Shown here in pieces: positions 1 to 9,616 of a stretch of DNA of 64,000 nt; within the stretch, counting starts at the first letter, position 1; every line of letters begins with the position of its first letter. The translations under genes and the position numbers were made by a program. Source of the DNA: Rubripirellula sp. (GTDB lineage: Bacteria > Planctomycetota > Planctomycetia > Pirellulales > Pirellulaceae); NCBI GenBank assembly GCA_965216875.1, contig OZ244207.1, forward strand, positions 1,184,001-1,248,000, in the 5' to 3' direction. The notes under the pieces were generated by a model that ran no database searches, had not been told where the DNA came from, and saw nothing but the letters and a program-made list of their open reading frames with translations.

Positions 1-297
1 AAGCACCGCCGAAGCAGCTGCTGCGAGCCAGCATGCGGTTGCGAACCAGCTCCTTGCTGCGAGCCAGCTTGCGGTTGCGAGCCAGCCCCTTGCTGCGAAC
101 CAGCATGCGGCTGCGAAGTCGTCGACCCTTGCTGCTGCCCACCACGTCACAGCTGCAACATCAAAGGCTTCTTCTCGAAGTTGTTCAAGAAGCGTAGCAG
201 CTGCTGCGATCCTTGCTGCGACGTCGAGCCAGCCTGCGGTTGCGAAGCTCCTTGCGAGCCAGCTTGCGGTTGCGAGCCAACTTGCGGCTGCAACTAA
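1..297 (+). CDS. Cys/Pro-rich repeat protein, C-terminal part (5' end outside window)
   Basis: Frame 1 reads KHRRSSCCEPACGCEPAPCCEPACGCE...CEPTCGCN* (TAA 295-297); absent from ORF track because the start is upstream. Confidence 0.85.
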   Translation, partial: KHRRSSCCEPACGCEPAPCCEPACGCEPAPCCEPACGCEVVDPCCCPPRHSCNIKGFFSKLFKKRSSCCDPCCDVEPACGCEAPCEPACGCEPTCGCN

Positions 298-465
298 TTC
301 AAGTTGCGAAGACAACATCGGATAGAACTCGGCAACACCACCTGAAACAGCGACGCGATCTATCGTCAATGAACCAACCGAGAAGCGAGCCTCGTAAGCC
401 CGCTCTCCATTGATCAACTTTCGCATCTCGATCAGCCGCCGAATTCGGTCCTCGACAAATATGAC

Positions 466-506
466 AATCCCCGACGATTCCTTCATTGGATCGTCGGGGA
501 TTTTTT
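466..506 (+). terminator. Rho-independent terminator
   Basis: AATCCCCGACGATTC-loop-GGATCGTCGGGGATT followed by T run. Confidence 0.8.
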
Positions 507-648
507 CGTAGATGGACCGTGTCTATTAACCGAACGTAACAGGGGTGGGTGTTAGCCACGTTTGCACGTCCGCTCGGCTCATGCCGGATCTGCGTCGCTG
601 TCGCTCCTTGATCCGGCCTACGTGAAACTGGCATTTGGAAGGCATGAC

Positions 649-843
649 CTACTCGGCATCATTTCTTTTCTCTTGATGCTGCTCGGTTGGCTCAACCTTC
701 ATGCCAACATCCTGATACGTCCGATTGAAATGGTCGACAAAGTCGTCAGGGCGCTCTTCAGGCAAGTAGACCGGACCGATTGGTTGGCCATCTTTGACGA
801 CCACACCATTGCTCGGTGGAATCTCTCTTTGACTGCTGCTCAT
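649..843 (-). CDS. small hypothetical protein (64 aa)
   Basis: ATG at 843, MSSSQREIPPSNGVVVKDGQPIGPVYL..., downstream of the dehydrogenase on the same strand. Confidence 0.5.
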   Translation of the reverse strand: MSSSQREIPPSNGVVVKDGQPIGPVYLPEERPDDFVDHFNRTYQDVGMKVEPTEQHQEKRNDAE

Positions 844-890
844 GTTTGCAGGACTTGTTGGCTCAATTGGACTTGAGGGCGCGCGATGAC

Positions 891-1865
891 CTACCCGCGG
901 TAAACGACGGATGGATGGGGAAAGCCCAATCGTTTGTCGACGCGATTGTAGGGCTCTTGCCCAGCGAGAAATCGTTTCAGGTTGATGCAAGCCAATTCGG
1001 TCGCATCATCATTGCGACGATACGATTGAGCACCAACGTGCGGAGTGATGATCACTTTGGGGTCGTCCCACAGTAGGCTCGATTCCGCAAGCGGTTCCAC
1101 TTCGGTCACGTCCAGGCCCGCTCCCTTGAGGTGTCCCGAGGCGAGTGCGTCGACCAATGCCGATTCGACCACCACCGAACCGCGAGCGACATTGATCAGG
1201 TAGCTGCCCTTTTTCATTTTGGCGATTTGATCGGCATCGAAAATGCCACGAGTGTCTGCGTTGAGCGGCAGAGTGAGAATCACGATGTCACTTGCGGCCA
1301 GAACCTCGTCCATTTTTTCCGGCGGCAACAGTTCGTCGACTTCGTCTGGTTTATCGATTGGGTAGTAGTCAGTCGCCAAAACGCGAACGTCCCACGGAGC
1401 CAGGATTCTTGAAATCATCCGGCCATTGCCGCCAAGCCCAATGATTCCGACGGTCTTGCCACGAAGGTCGTCGGTGGGGCGACGAGTGAAGTCGCGATTT
1501 GCTTCGGCGCGAAAAAAGACGGGCAAACTCCTTAGCAATCCAAAGAGCAGTGCACAGGTTTGTTCGGCGACTTGAACGGCAAAGAGTCCCGATGCGCTGC
1601 TTACGACGATGTCCGACTCAATCACGCCGGGAACGAGACAATGATCGAGCCCTGCGGCGGACGATTGAATCCAGCGAAGTTTGCCGGCATCGAGGACACG
1701 ATCCCAATCAACCGGAACTTTGGCGTGGCCAATGTAGACGTCCGCGGTCGGCAGCAATTCGTCGATCCTTTCTTGTCCGGCATCAACCACTTCGGCGTCG
1801 GGCGCGGCTTGTTGGATCAGTTCAAACTGCCCCTGAGTGACGGGGTAACAAAGGACGATTCGCAT
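891..1865 (-). CDS. D-2-hydroxyacid dehydrogenase (NAD-binding)
   Basis: GIIGLGGNG Rossmann motif, INVARG, LDVTEVEP, ITPHVG. Confidence 0.93.
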   Translation of the reverse strand: MRIVLCYPVTQGQFELIQQAAPDAEVVDAGQERIDELLPTADVYIGHAKVPVDWDRVLDAGKLRWIQSSAAGLDHCLVPGVIESDIVVSSASGLFAVQVAEQTCALLFGLLRSLPVFFRAEANRDFTRRPTDDLRGKTVGIIGLGGNGRMISRILAPWDVRVLATDYYPIDKPDEVDELLPPEKMDEVLAASDIVILTLPLNADTRGIFDADQIAKMKKGSYLINVARGSVVVESALVDALASGHLKGAGLDVTEVEPLAESSLLWDDPKVIITPHVGAQSYRRNDDATELACINLKRFLAGQEPYNRVDKRLGFPHPSVVYRG

Positions 1866-1932
1866 CAGCCTATTCTGCGGTAAACTTTGTGCATTGGATG
1901 AAAGAACAAAAGAGAATGTATCGAGTGGGGCG

Positions 1933-2805
1933 ATGATCGCGAAGTCGGCGTCTTTTGGGGCAGTTTGTTTGTTGTCGTCGTTGCTGTTGTCTCAGGCGGT
2001 TGCCGAGCAACCCTCCGCTTTGTCACCGACGCGGATTCGAGACGCCTTTGCGGCGACCCATCAGGGGTTCAGCAGTGACGAAGTGTTGATTCAGCCCGAT
2101 CTCCGTGACGCGTTCCTGAAGTCGCTTTACTCTGGCGAAGAGATCAGTGTTGATCGGGAACGCGAGGCCCTGCTGGCTTTACTTCGGCTCCGCAAAGCGG
2201 GCAAACTTGAGGTGCCGACGACCCGCCGGGGGCAAGCAGCAAACGCGAGTGTTCAAGCCGTTGCTGAAATTGCGGCACGTGTGGTGACCGATCGACACCG
2301 TGTGACATCCGACCGAATGTTGGCGGACCGGGAGCTGCGCGACGAATTTGTCAAAGAAGCAGCCAAACTCTCGAAGGGATTGGTTGAGAGCGAATTGTCC
2401 AAGGCAGTCCTCTCGCTAAGAAAGAAGCGCGCCTTGAGGCCAGAGTTGGTCTTGCAAGTCGCCACGTGGAATCGAACCCTTACGACGCATTCCTTGTCCG
2501 AGCTTCAATCGCTACTTGTTGCCGACGGAGTCTCGACCGGTCCGGGAGTCTATCTGTTTCGATCGCGGGACGAGTACCTTTACATCGGAGAAGCCGACAA
2601 CCTGAGCAGGCGGTTGAATGAACACGTCGGCCAAAGCGATCGTCTTTCGCTTGCGAAATACCTTTCTGGCCCCCAAGCAAACGAAGTGACGGTCGAGTTG
2701 CACATCTTTCCTGACGACTCACCTGCCGCGAAGACGACGGTGCGGCGCGCGTACGAGAGCGAGTTGATCCGAAGCAGGAATCCGAAGTTCAACGTTCGCC
2801 CATGA
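1933..2805 (+). CDS. GIY-YIG nuclease domain protein with putative signal peptide
   Basis: GVYLF...YLYIGEADNLSRRLNEH and E...NPKFN; N-terminal hydrophobic stretch ending AVA; start could be 1894. Confidence 0.8.
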   Translation: MIAKSASFGAVCLLSSLLLSQAVAEQPSALSPTRIRDAFAATHQGFSSDEVLIQPDLRDAFLKSLYSGEEISVDREREALLALLRLRKAGKLEVPTTRRGQAANASVQAVAEIAARVVTDRHRVTSDRMLADRELRDEFVKEAAKLSKGLVESELSKAVLSLRKKRALRPELVLQVATWNRTLTTHSLSELQSLLVADGVSTGPGVYLFRSRDEYLYIGEADNLSRRLNEHVGQSDRLSLAKYLSGPQANEVTVELHIFPDDSPAAKTTVRRAYESELIRSRNPKFNVRP

Positions 2806-2812
2806 TTCGGAT

Positions 2813-5458
2813 TCAAGGTTGGGGCATGATTTCGCTAGCGCGAGCAAGTGCACGCGTTTTGCGAAGTGCCGGATGCTTCGCAAGTAGAAGCGGCAACATT
2901 GGCAAAGTCGCATATTCCAACGCAGCAAAGTCATCTTCGCTGACGCCCTTGCCGCTGCGGGCGTTAAACAGGGTCCGATTCAGCTCGGCGCCAAACGGTC
3001 CGTAGGGATAGGCGGCAAGCGTTTCTTCGCGTGCCCGCCAATACTGATCGGCAGTCTTGATAAACTCGGAATTGATCGAGGGAAGTAAGTCGGCAGCTTC
3101 TTGGTAACGCTGGCTTTCTTCGTACAGGTCGATCAATAGACCGACGGCGAGAACATCCGACTCGTGCCGCTGATTGAGTCGTATCGCTTCGCGTAGTGCT
3201 TTTTCGGTGTTGCCGGAATACCACCAGTTTCTTGCACGATCAACTTTAGCAACTAACGACCAAGGGTTGAGTTGCGTGGCTTCGCGCAACGACTTGGATG
3301 CTTCGTTGTGTTTGCCCAACGTCATTTGAAGCAGCCCGAATTGATGTTTGACCTGCCAGCGATTGGGCGCGATCATTGAGAGCTCGCGGAACCGACTTTC
3401 GGCTTGGGCATAGCGATTGGTGATTTGCCAATCAAGCATCGCTTCGGCCAATCGGGCGTCAATTAGCGACGGCTTGATCTTCAATGCGTCTGCGACTTTT
3501 TCTTGAGCATTGACCACCAGTTCGAGTGACTCCGCCGCATCGGCTTGGGCAGCCAAGGTGATGGAGGTCAATGCGATGCCGGCAATGGGCTCTGCAAACC
3601 GATCGTCAACTTCGTGGGCGTGTTGGAAACAGGCAAGCGCTTTCTGCATGCCGACGACACTGTCTGGGTCGGACCGTGCCGCTCCGTCCACCATGCAGCT
3701 AAAGGATTGGGCATCGGGGGTGACCCGATCTTCGGAAGTCGACTTCAATCGTCGGCCAAGCGCCGATGCGATCTTGGATGCAAGTTGACTTTGGTCAAGA
3801 AGTTCTTGCGACTGGTCGGTTTGGATCAATGTGTTCCAAAGTTTCTCGCCCGTCTTGGCATCGACCAATCGAACGTCGATCACCATGAATTGTCGGCCGC
3901 TTGCTGCAGCTTGCGAGGCAAGGGAGCCAAACAAGAAGGCATCGACACCAAGTTCGGATTGGAGCTGTTGAAGGTCTCCAAGGGTGCTCGGGCGGATCGG
4001 GCGAAACTGTGGCACGCTCAGGTCCGACAAGCGTGTCAGTTCGTGGACCAACATTGCAGCGAGTTGTTCCCCCTGGCTAAGTTTTCGCTCGCCTAGCGGA
4101 CGCGGCATCCCGAGGGAATCGGTTTCGATCTCATTGTCCGTAGCGTCATCGGCAAAACTCAAGACGGCGATCGAATCGATGTGTCGAAGGGAACCACTGC
4201 CTTGCGTCATCCACCAGATCCCCAGCGCACCGAGAGCGGTCGCACCGGTTGCCGCCGCAATCGCGGTACGACGCGAGATCGTCTTCGTTCCGCAAGGCGT
4301 TGTTGCGACGGGAATGCCAGCCGGTTTGACTGGCTTTCGCAACTGCGACGCGATCCAAGCCGCTGATTTGGGTCGCGCGGCCGGATCCTTTTGCAAACAT
4401 TGCTCAATCAGGTCGGCGAGCGTGACATCCGTACGGCGAATGGTTGCATCGGTGTCGGGATCGTCTTCAATCGTCGATCGAAAACGGGCCACCGTACTGG
4501 TGCCGTCGAAGGCTCGCTTGCCATAAAAGGCTTCGTGTAGCACACAGCCAAGCGAAAAGATGTCGGCGGAATTCGTCACTGATTCGCCGCGTGCCTGTTC
4601 GGGAGCCATGTATCCAGGCGTTCCCAAAATGATGCCTTCGCCAGTTTCGGTGGCGCCGGTCGGATCACCGCTAGGGGAGCGCGACAGGCCAAAGTCGAAT
4701 AACTTGATGACGGTCGATTCGAGGTTCGCTTCATCATCGCCCCCTTTGTTGCAGTTGGACGATGCGTCGCCGCCCTGGCGACGTACAAGCATGATGTTGT
4801 GTGGCTTGAGATCTCGATGGACGACGTCACCCTTGTGGGCCGCTGCGAGGGCGTCGGCGACTTGAGCACCGAGTCGCCGAACGTCGTAAGGGCACATCGG
4901 ACCCGATTTGAATCGTTGGTCAAGCAACTCGCCGTCAAGGAATTCCATCACGGCATAAGGCAAACCGTTGTAGGTGCCGATGTCGAACAGTTCGACAATG
5001 TTCGGATGGCTTAATGCGGCAACGGCTTTGGCTTCGCGGCGAAAGCGTTCGGACAGGTCGCGTCGTTTGTCCGAGTCGACGGCCAAGACCTTGATCGCGA
5101 CCGCACGGTCAAGCCGTTGGTCGACTGCTTGGTAAACGACTCCCATGCCACCGCGACCAAGCGAGTCGCCGATCTCGTAGGGGCCAACGACATCACCCGA
5201 TGTTGGCAGGGCAATGCCGCTGGGGATCATTCCGAACCCAACCGTCTCGGCGGCTGCAGCGCCTTGTGCTGGTGTTTCTTGAAGCTCGGCGCGGATCGCG
5301 ATCAACTCGGTGCGAAGCAAATCGCCGTTTTGGCCGCCATGCTCGGCGACCCAAGATTCAATTTCGGGGTCATCGCCCGAACGCAACGCCGATTCGAAAT
5401 TCAGGCAGATCGAATCGAGACGCGCCAATTCGCTTGCGGGCAGGTCGCCAAGGTTCAT
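2813..5458 (-). CDS. Hanks-type Ser/Thr protein kinase with TM segment and TPR-like C-terminus
   Basis: GRGGMGVVY, VAIK, HRDLKPHN, DFG, GTPGYMAPE, DIFSLG; SIAVLSF after the TM; helical repeats. Confidence 0.95.
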   Translation of the reverse strand: MNLGDLPASELARLDSICLNFESALRSGDDPEIESWVAEHGGQNGDLLRTELIAIRAELQETPAQGAAAAETVGFGMIPSGIALPTSGDVVGPYEIGDSLGRGGMGVVYQAVDQRLDRAVAIKVLAVDSDKRRDLSERFRREAKAVAALSHPNIVELFDIGTYNGLPYAVMEFLDGELLDQRFKSGPMCPYDVRRLGAQVADALAAAHKGDVVHRDLKPHNIMLVRRQGGDASSNCNKGGDDEANLESTVIKLFDFGLSRSPSGDPTGATETGEGIILGTPGYMAPEQARGESVTNSADIFSLGCVLHEAFYGKRAFDGTSTVARFRSTIEDDPDTDATIRRTDVTLADLIEQCLQKDPAARPKSAAWIASQLRKPVKPAGIPVATTPCGTKTISRRTAIAAATGATALGALGIWWMTQGSGSLRHIDSIAVLSFADDATDNEIETDSLGMPRPLGERKLSQGEQLAAMLVHELTRLSDLSVPQFRPIRPSTLGDLQQLQSELGVDAFLFGSLASQAAASGRQFMVIDVRLVDAKTGEKLWNTLIQTDQSQELLDQSQLASKIASALGRRLKSTSEDRVTPDAQSFSCMVDGAARSDPDSVVGMQKALACFQHAHEVDDRFAEPIAGIALTSITLAAQADAAESLELVVNAQEKVADALKIKPSLIDARLAEAMLDWQITNRYAQAESRFRELSMIAPNRWQVKHQFGLLQMTLGKHNEASKSLREATQLNPWSLVAKVDRARNWWYSGNTEKALREAIRLNQRHESDVLAVGLLIDLYEESQRYQEAADLLPSINSEFIKTADQYWRAREETLAAYPYGPFGAELNRTLFNARSGKGVSEDDFAALEYATLPMLPLLLAKHPALRKTRALARASEIMPQP

Positions 5459-5511
5459 CGGCTCGATTGCTTAGGTAGTGAGGAACGAATCAATCGACAC
5501 AATGGAAATGC

Positions 5512-6141
5512 TCATCCAGCCTCGGCGTCCGTTTCGGCCGCCTCGCTCCACGTTTTACGGATCAACTGCAAGCGTCGTTCAACTGCCCGTTTGCTCAATT
5601 CTAAGGCTTGAGCAATCTCGTCCACCAGAAAGCCGTCCATCCGCATGACGGCAATCTGCCTGAGTTGTTCGTCGGGCAATTGGTCGAGCAGCGAATCGCA
5701 GGCTTCAGCCAATTCGGCGTGGAGATCTGGCGATCCGGAATCGCCAGTGATTCCGCCGATTCCCCCGCCGCGGGCGTCACCTTTGGTGTCGATAAAGACC
5801 GACTCGCCTCGCACACTGCCGCCGCCACGTTTCTGTCGGGTTTGGTGTCGCAAGTGCGCGTGGACTTTGCGACCGGTCAACGTGATCAGCAAGCCCCAAA
5901 GGTTGTCTGGCCCACTGAGGTCAGGGAATTGGTCGCGGCGTATGCCAGCGATGAAACTATGAAACGCCGAGAGTGCGATGTCTTCTTCGTCACCCACCCG
6001 GCGCAGATTTGCCGGCAATCGCTTGGCCGCGATCCGAACGAGACGCTGAAAGTACTCTTCCCACAACTGCTCGGTCGCTTTGTCGTCGCCGGCACGGACC
6101 TCTTCAAGCAGGGTGGCAAACTCTTCTGGGGAATGTTGCAT
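5512..6141 (-). CDS. ECF-type sigma factor, kinase-associated type
   Basis: LWEEYFQRLVRIA, DEEDIALSAF, RQKRGGG, C-terminal HTH EIAQALELSKRAVERRL; directly upstream of the kinase. Confidence 0.9.
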   Translation of the reverse strand: MQHSPEEFATLLEEVRAGDDKATEQLWEEYFQRLVRIAAKRLPANLRRVGDEEDIALSAFHSFIAGIRRDQFPDLSGPDNLWGLLITLTGRKVHAHLRHQTRQKRGGGSVRGESVFIDTKGDARGGGIGGITGDSGSPDLHAELAEACDSLLDQLPDEQLRQIAVMRMDGFLVDEIAQALELSKRAVERRLQLIRKTWSEAAETDAEAG

Positions 6142-6187
6142 AACGTCAATGATGGCCGATATCGCTGCCGTTGGGAACGGAGGTTCT

Positions 6188-7051
6188 TTAGAGCAATGTG
6201 CCCGTCACCTCAGCGGTAAACGGTGTGCCGGTCAATTCGTCGGTTCCCGAGGCTTCGGCGCCGGGCTCGAAATGGCTGCGGCGTGCAAACCCCAGAGCGA
6301 TGGTTTTTCCATTTTCGTCGGTCGCCACACTCGTCAGACGTCCGACCTTCTTTTCGTCGGCGGTCAGGATGGCACCCGTTGCGGGGGTGAAGCCTTCGAT
6401 CAACCAACGTACGAGCTTTTTTTGCACCTGTCCCAAGGCATCGAGTCGGGCGACCGTTTCCTGCCCCAGGTAGCATCCTTTGGTCAAGCAAATCGCAACC
6501 GCATCACGATCTGCTTCTTGAGGCAGATTCGATTCATCCAGATCGACACCATGCCAGGGAAAGCCGGCTGCCACCCTTTTGGTGTGAAACGAGGTTTCTG
6601 ACTCGATTCCCGTCGGATTGCCCCGCTCGGCGCGGAACACGTCGACGTCGCCACCGGGAACGATGATGGCAGTTGAATCGGGGCCAAGCCACGTGAGAGC
6701 GTACTTCTCATAGGGAGTCTCGACTGCTGATTCACTGACGAAAACCTGAAAGTCCGCATCTCGGATGGTCGTCGTCACGTCTTCGCGAATCGTGTAGCGG
6801 TCGACATGCGTCGCAATCGCTTCGGATTGGCCCGGTGCGCCGATCAGGCGACATCCGTCCTGGGTACGAAAGGCAAAGACATGGCCGAGTGTTTTGCCGC
6901 GCACGTCCGTGACAAAGGTTTCGCAACCTGACCCCACCTCAAGCGACTTGACGTCGTTGGTCGTCAGATTGTTAAGGATCGCGATGGCATCGGCGCCAGC
7001 AAGATCGATGATCGAGGCCGCATCGATCGCAAAGAGTGTTTGGTCATTCAT
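6188..7051 (-). CDS. ygfZ: YgfZ/GcvT-like folate-binding protein
   Basis: KGCYLGQE signature; start at MNDQTLFAID. Confidence 0.85.
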   Translation of the reverse strand: MNDQTLFAIDAASIIDLAGADAIAILNNLTTNDVKSLEVGSGCETFVTDVRGKTLGHVFAFRTQDGCRLIGAPGQSEAIATHVDRYTIREDVTTTIRDADFQVFVSESAVETPYEKYALTWLGPDSTAIIVPGGDVDVFRAERGNPTGIESETSFHTKRVAAGFPWHGVDLDESNLPQEADRDAVAICLTKGCYLGQETVARLDALGQVQKKLVRWLIEGFTPATGAILTADEKKVGRLTSVATDENGKTIALGFARRSHFEPGAEASGTDELTGTPFTAEVTGTLL

Positions 7052-7109
7052 ACCACGAGGATAGCGAAACGGAGCCGCATCCCCTAGGGAGCACCGAAAC
7101 CCTTCAAGA

Positions 7110-8915
7110 TCACTCGATGCTTCCTTCGGCCTTGTACAGCGGCATGTGCCGGTAATAGACCTCGAGGCAATAGAGCGACAAACAGGTTGTATAGAGCCGT
7201 CCCGAGTTACGCCCCCAGCGATCTTGTTGCGGCGACCAACTGCCGTCCTCTTGTCCACCAATCACTTGCGCTTTGGGCAATTGGACGCGCATCCGTTCGT
7301 TCCATTCTCGCCACGGCGAACCGCCAAAATGATGCATCGCTTGGGTCGCGTAATACCAGTAGTAGACATCGCGATCGTTGATATCGAACGGTGCATCCAG
7401 CAGCAGCGCGTTCAGTCCGCGGAACATCGCGGGGTGATTGCGATCCCAACTGATGTACTGTCGACAAAGGATTCCTTCCGCGGTCATCGCGGGACTCGGT
7501 TCACCATGAGCTTGGTAGCCATAGGCTGCTTTTTCATAGGAAGAAGCCGAATCGAGGTAGGAGTCGACGAAACGGAAAATGGAATCGTTGACCACCAATC
7601 CGCCGGAACGTGCACTTTGCAGTGCCATCACAAACCATCCGGTTACCGACGTGTCCGAATCGAATTTTGGTTCATAGCGCCAGCCGCCCTCTTCGGACTG
7701 TGATTCGTGGGCAAAATCGACTGCAAGCTGAGCTCGAGGTCGCAACCACGAATCTTTGGTCATCGCGTACAGTTCGCAGATCGCGATGGTCGCTTGCGCT
7801 TGCGCGTACATCTTTTCATGTTCGCGAGCCTGCTTGGCAAAGAATCCGGATCGGTCTTGTTTGCTGATCAGATACTGAATCCCTTTGTCGACCTGTTCCT
7901 GGTAGTCGCCGCTCTTGTGAGTGTTGCCGTCACCCAAGAATGCGAGCAACGCCATCGCCGTCGCAGCAACGGTGTTCTCAGTAACGCCACCATCGTCGTA
8001 AGGTCCACGCATGCTCCAGCTGCCGTCACGGCGCTGGTTTCGTTTGAGCCACTCGAGCCCACGTGCGACTGCGTTCTGAGTTTCGGGAGTGCCGCCGTAA
8101 ATCGCCAGCAACGCTTGCCGCATGGCACCGGTACGACCGTTGAACATCGGTTTGACGACCGCCAGCTCACCGGCGCCCATGTCGACGGGTTCAACTTCCA
8201 GCGACTGTTCCATCAGCGTCGACTCGAGCATCGTCGGGATGTCGACATCGACTTCGGCGTCTTCGAGTGATTCGGCATCGTCGACGGAGATCTGCGAGAT
8301 GACGTCAAAATCGGTGAACTTGGATTCGTCTTGTTTGTCGGCATGCCCGATCGTCAGCATCATCTTGCCCAGGTCGGTTCCGACCGGCGTGCCCATCAAA
8401 GCAAGCACAAGCAGAAGGACGAGGTGAAAGACCATACTGACCAACCAAGGTGGAGCTTCACGCGTGATCTTTTCGTTCAGCTCGTCTTCGTCTTCCTGGT
8501 CGGACGGGACGGCAGCTCGGTTGGTTGTTGCCGAAGTTCGAGTTCTCGCCTTTTTGCCTTGTTCCTTTTCGACTTCTTTGTCGACACCCGCTAGCTCGCC
8601 ACGCCAACGGACCCCCTTTGCCGAACCGACTCCGGTCGGCGTGGCACCCGCGGTTTGCCCGCCGTCGGAACGTGCACCCGGCTGCCTTGGCTGAGGTGCT
8701 GGGCGGACAGGTGGCTTGGTCGCTTGCGGAGGAGGTGGTGGCGGAACAACACCAGAAGGGATTTGGGGCGCCGAGTTCGGAGCCGGCGGTTTGTTCGCAC
8801 CAGGGGGCGGTGGTGGTGGAACTTGGTTCGGCGGAGGCGGCGGTACGGAGGTGCCGTCACTAGCCGGAATCGCGGCGGATGATGAGGAGTCGGAATGGAA
8901 GTCAGCTTGAGACAT
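7110..8915 (-). CDS. prenyltransferase/squalene-oxidase repeat protein, Pro-rich N-terminus and one TM
   Basis: QRRDGSW, QSEEGGWRY, DTSVTGW, YYWYYATQ, EVYYRH motifs. Confidence 0.85.
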   Translation of the reverse strand: MSQADFHSDSSSSAAIPASDGTSVPPPPPNQVPPPPPPGANKPPAPNSAPQIPSGVVPPPPPPQATKPPVRPAPQPRQPGARSDGGQTAGATPTGVGSAKGVRWRGELAGVDKEVEKEQGKKARTRTSATTNRAAVPSDQEDEDELNEKITREAPPWLVSMVFHLVLLLVLALMGTPVGTDLGKMMLTIGHADKQDESKFTDFDVISQISVDDAESLEDAEVDVDIPTMLESTLMEQSLEVEPVDMGAGELAVVKPMFNGRTGAMRQALLAIYGGTPETQNAVARGLEWLKRNQRRDGSWSMRGPYDDGGVTENTVAATAMALLAFLGDGNTHKSGDYQEQVDKGIQYLISKQDRSGFFAKQAREHEKMYAQAQATIAICELYAMTKDSWLRPRAQLAVDFAHESQSEEGGWRYEPKFDSDTSVTGWFVMALQSARSGGLVVNDSIFRFVDSYLDSASSYEKAAYGYQAHGEPSPAMTAEGILCRQYISWDRNHPAMFRGLNALLLDAPFDINDRDVYYWYYATQAMHHFGGSPWREWNERMRVQLPKAQVIGGQEDGSWSPQQDRWGRNSGRLYTTCLSLYCLEVYYRHMPLYKAEGSIE

Positions 8916-9236
8916 CTTTCTCGAGCAATCCGATTGGCGGCTGGGTTGTGGAACCGTCAGCGGCGTCGCTTGGCGCCGGAATCTTTGGAAAAGTTGTCCT
9001 AATCGCAACTCGATCCGTCATCGAACGTTCCAGGCACCATTGGAACGCGGGGCAATAACGAGTCGCACCTGATCGAAAGTGAACGCTTTTTCCAATCAAG
9101 CGACGCGACCGGGACTGATACAGGATATCGCGTTTTTAAAGAAGATGCGAACCTTTTTGTCGCAGCCACGTCCAAGTTGCTGCAGAGGCGAGAGGAAAAT
9201 CCGGCAAAATCCTTTCCTGTTCGGCAAAAAGGCCCG

Positions 9237-9265
9237 TTGACAGTACGACGCTGATTTCCGATAAC
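9237..9265 (+). promoter_or_regulatory. possible sigma70 promoter of the tRNA
   Basis: TTGACA at 9237-9242; weak -10 (GATAAC) 17 bp later. Confidence 0.45.
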
Positions 9266-9300
9266 CCTGCCTCACCGCTGAGAAGGCGGCGAAAAAATAC

Positions 9301-9374
<74 letters not shown>

Positions 9375-9420
9375 CTTAACTTTCTCGCATCATCCGCTCT
9401 GATGTGCGAGGCAACGAATT

Positions 9421-9456
9421 GGCTGGTGATTGCAAACGCAATCACCAGCCTTTTTT
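9421..9456 (+). terminator. Rho-independent terminator after tRNA-fMet
   Basis: GGCTGGTGATTGC-AAAC-GCAATCACCAGCC-TTTTTT. Confidence 0.9.
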
Positions 9457-9515
9457 CGTTTCAAGGCGTCCGTTTGATTCCTGGTCGAACCTTGGCAATC
9501 AAAAAAAAAGAGTGC

Positions 9516-9612
9516 GCCACGAGAAACACGAAAAGGCACAAAAAGCGAAGAAGCTCGCCAGGAGCCTCGCCCTCTCGGTGGTTCATTCGTGCGATTCGTT
9601 TGATTCGTGGTT
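9516..9612. repeat. REP-like mosaic repeat (CCACGAAT.../GCCACGAGAAACACG family)
   Basis: Reverse complement aligns with 18489-18557; GCCACGAGAAACACGA.AAGGCACAAAAA recurs near 63317-63346. Confidence 0.75.
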
Positions 9613-9616
9613 GTCT

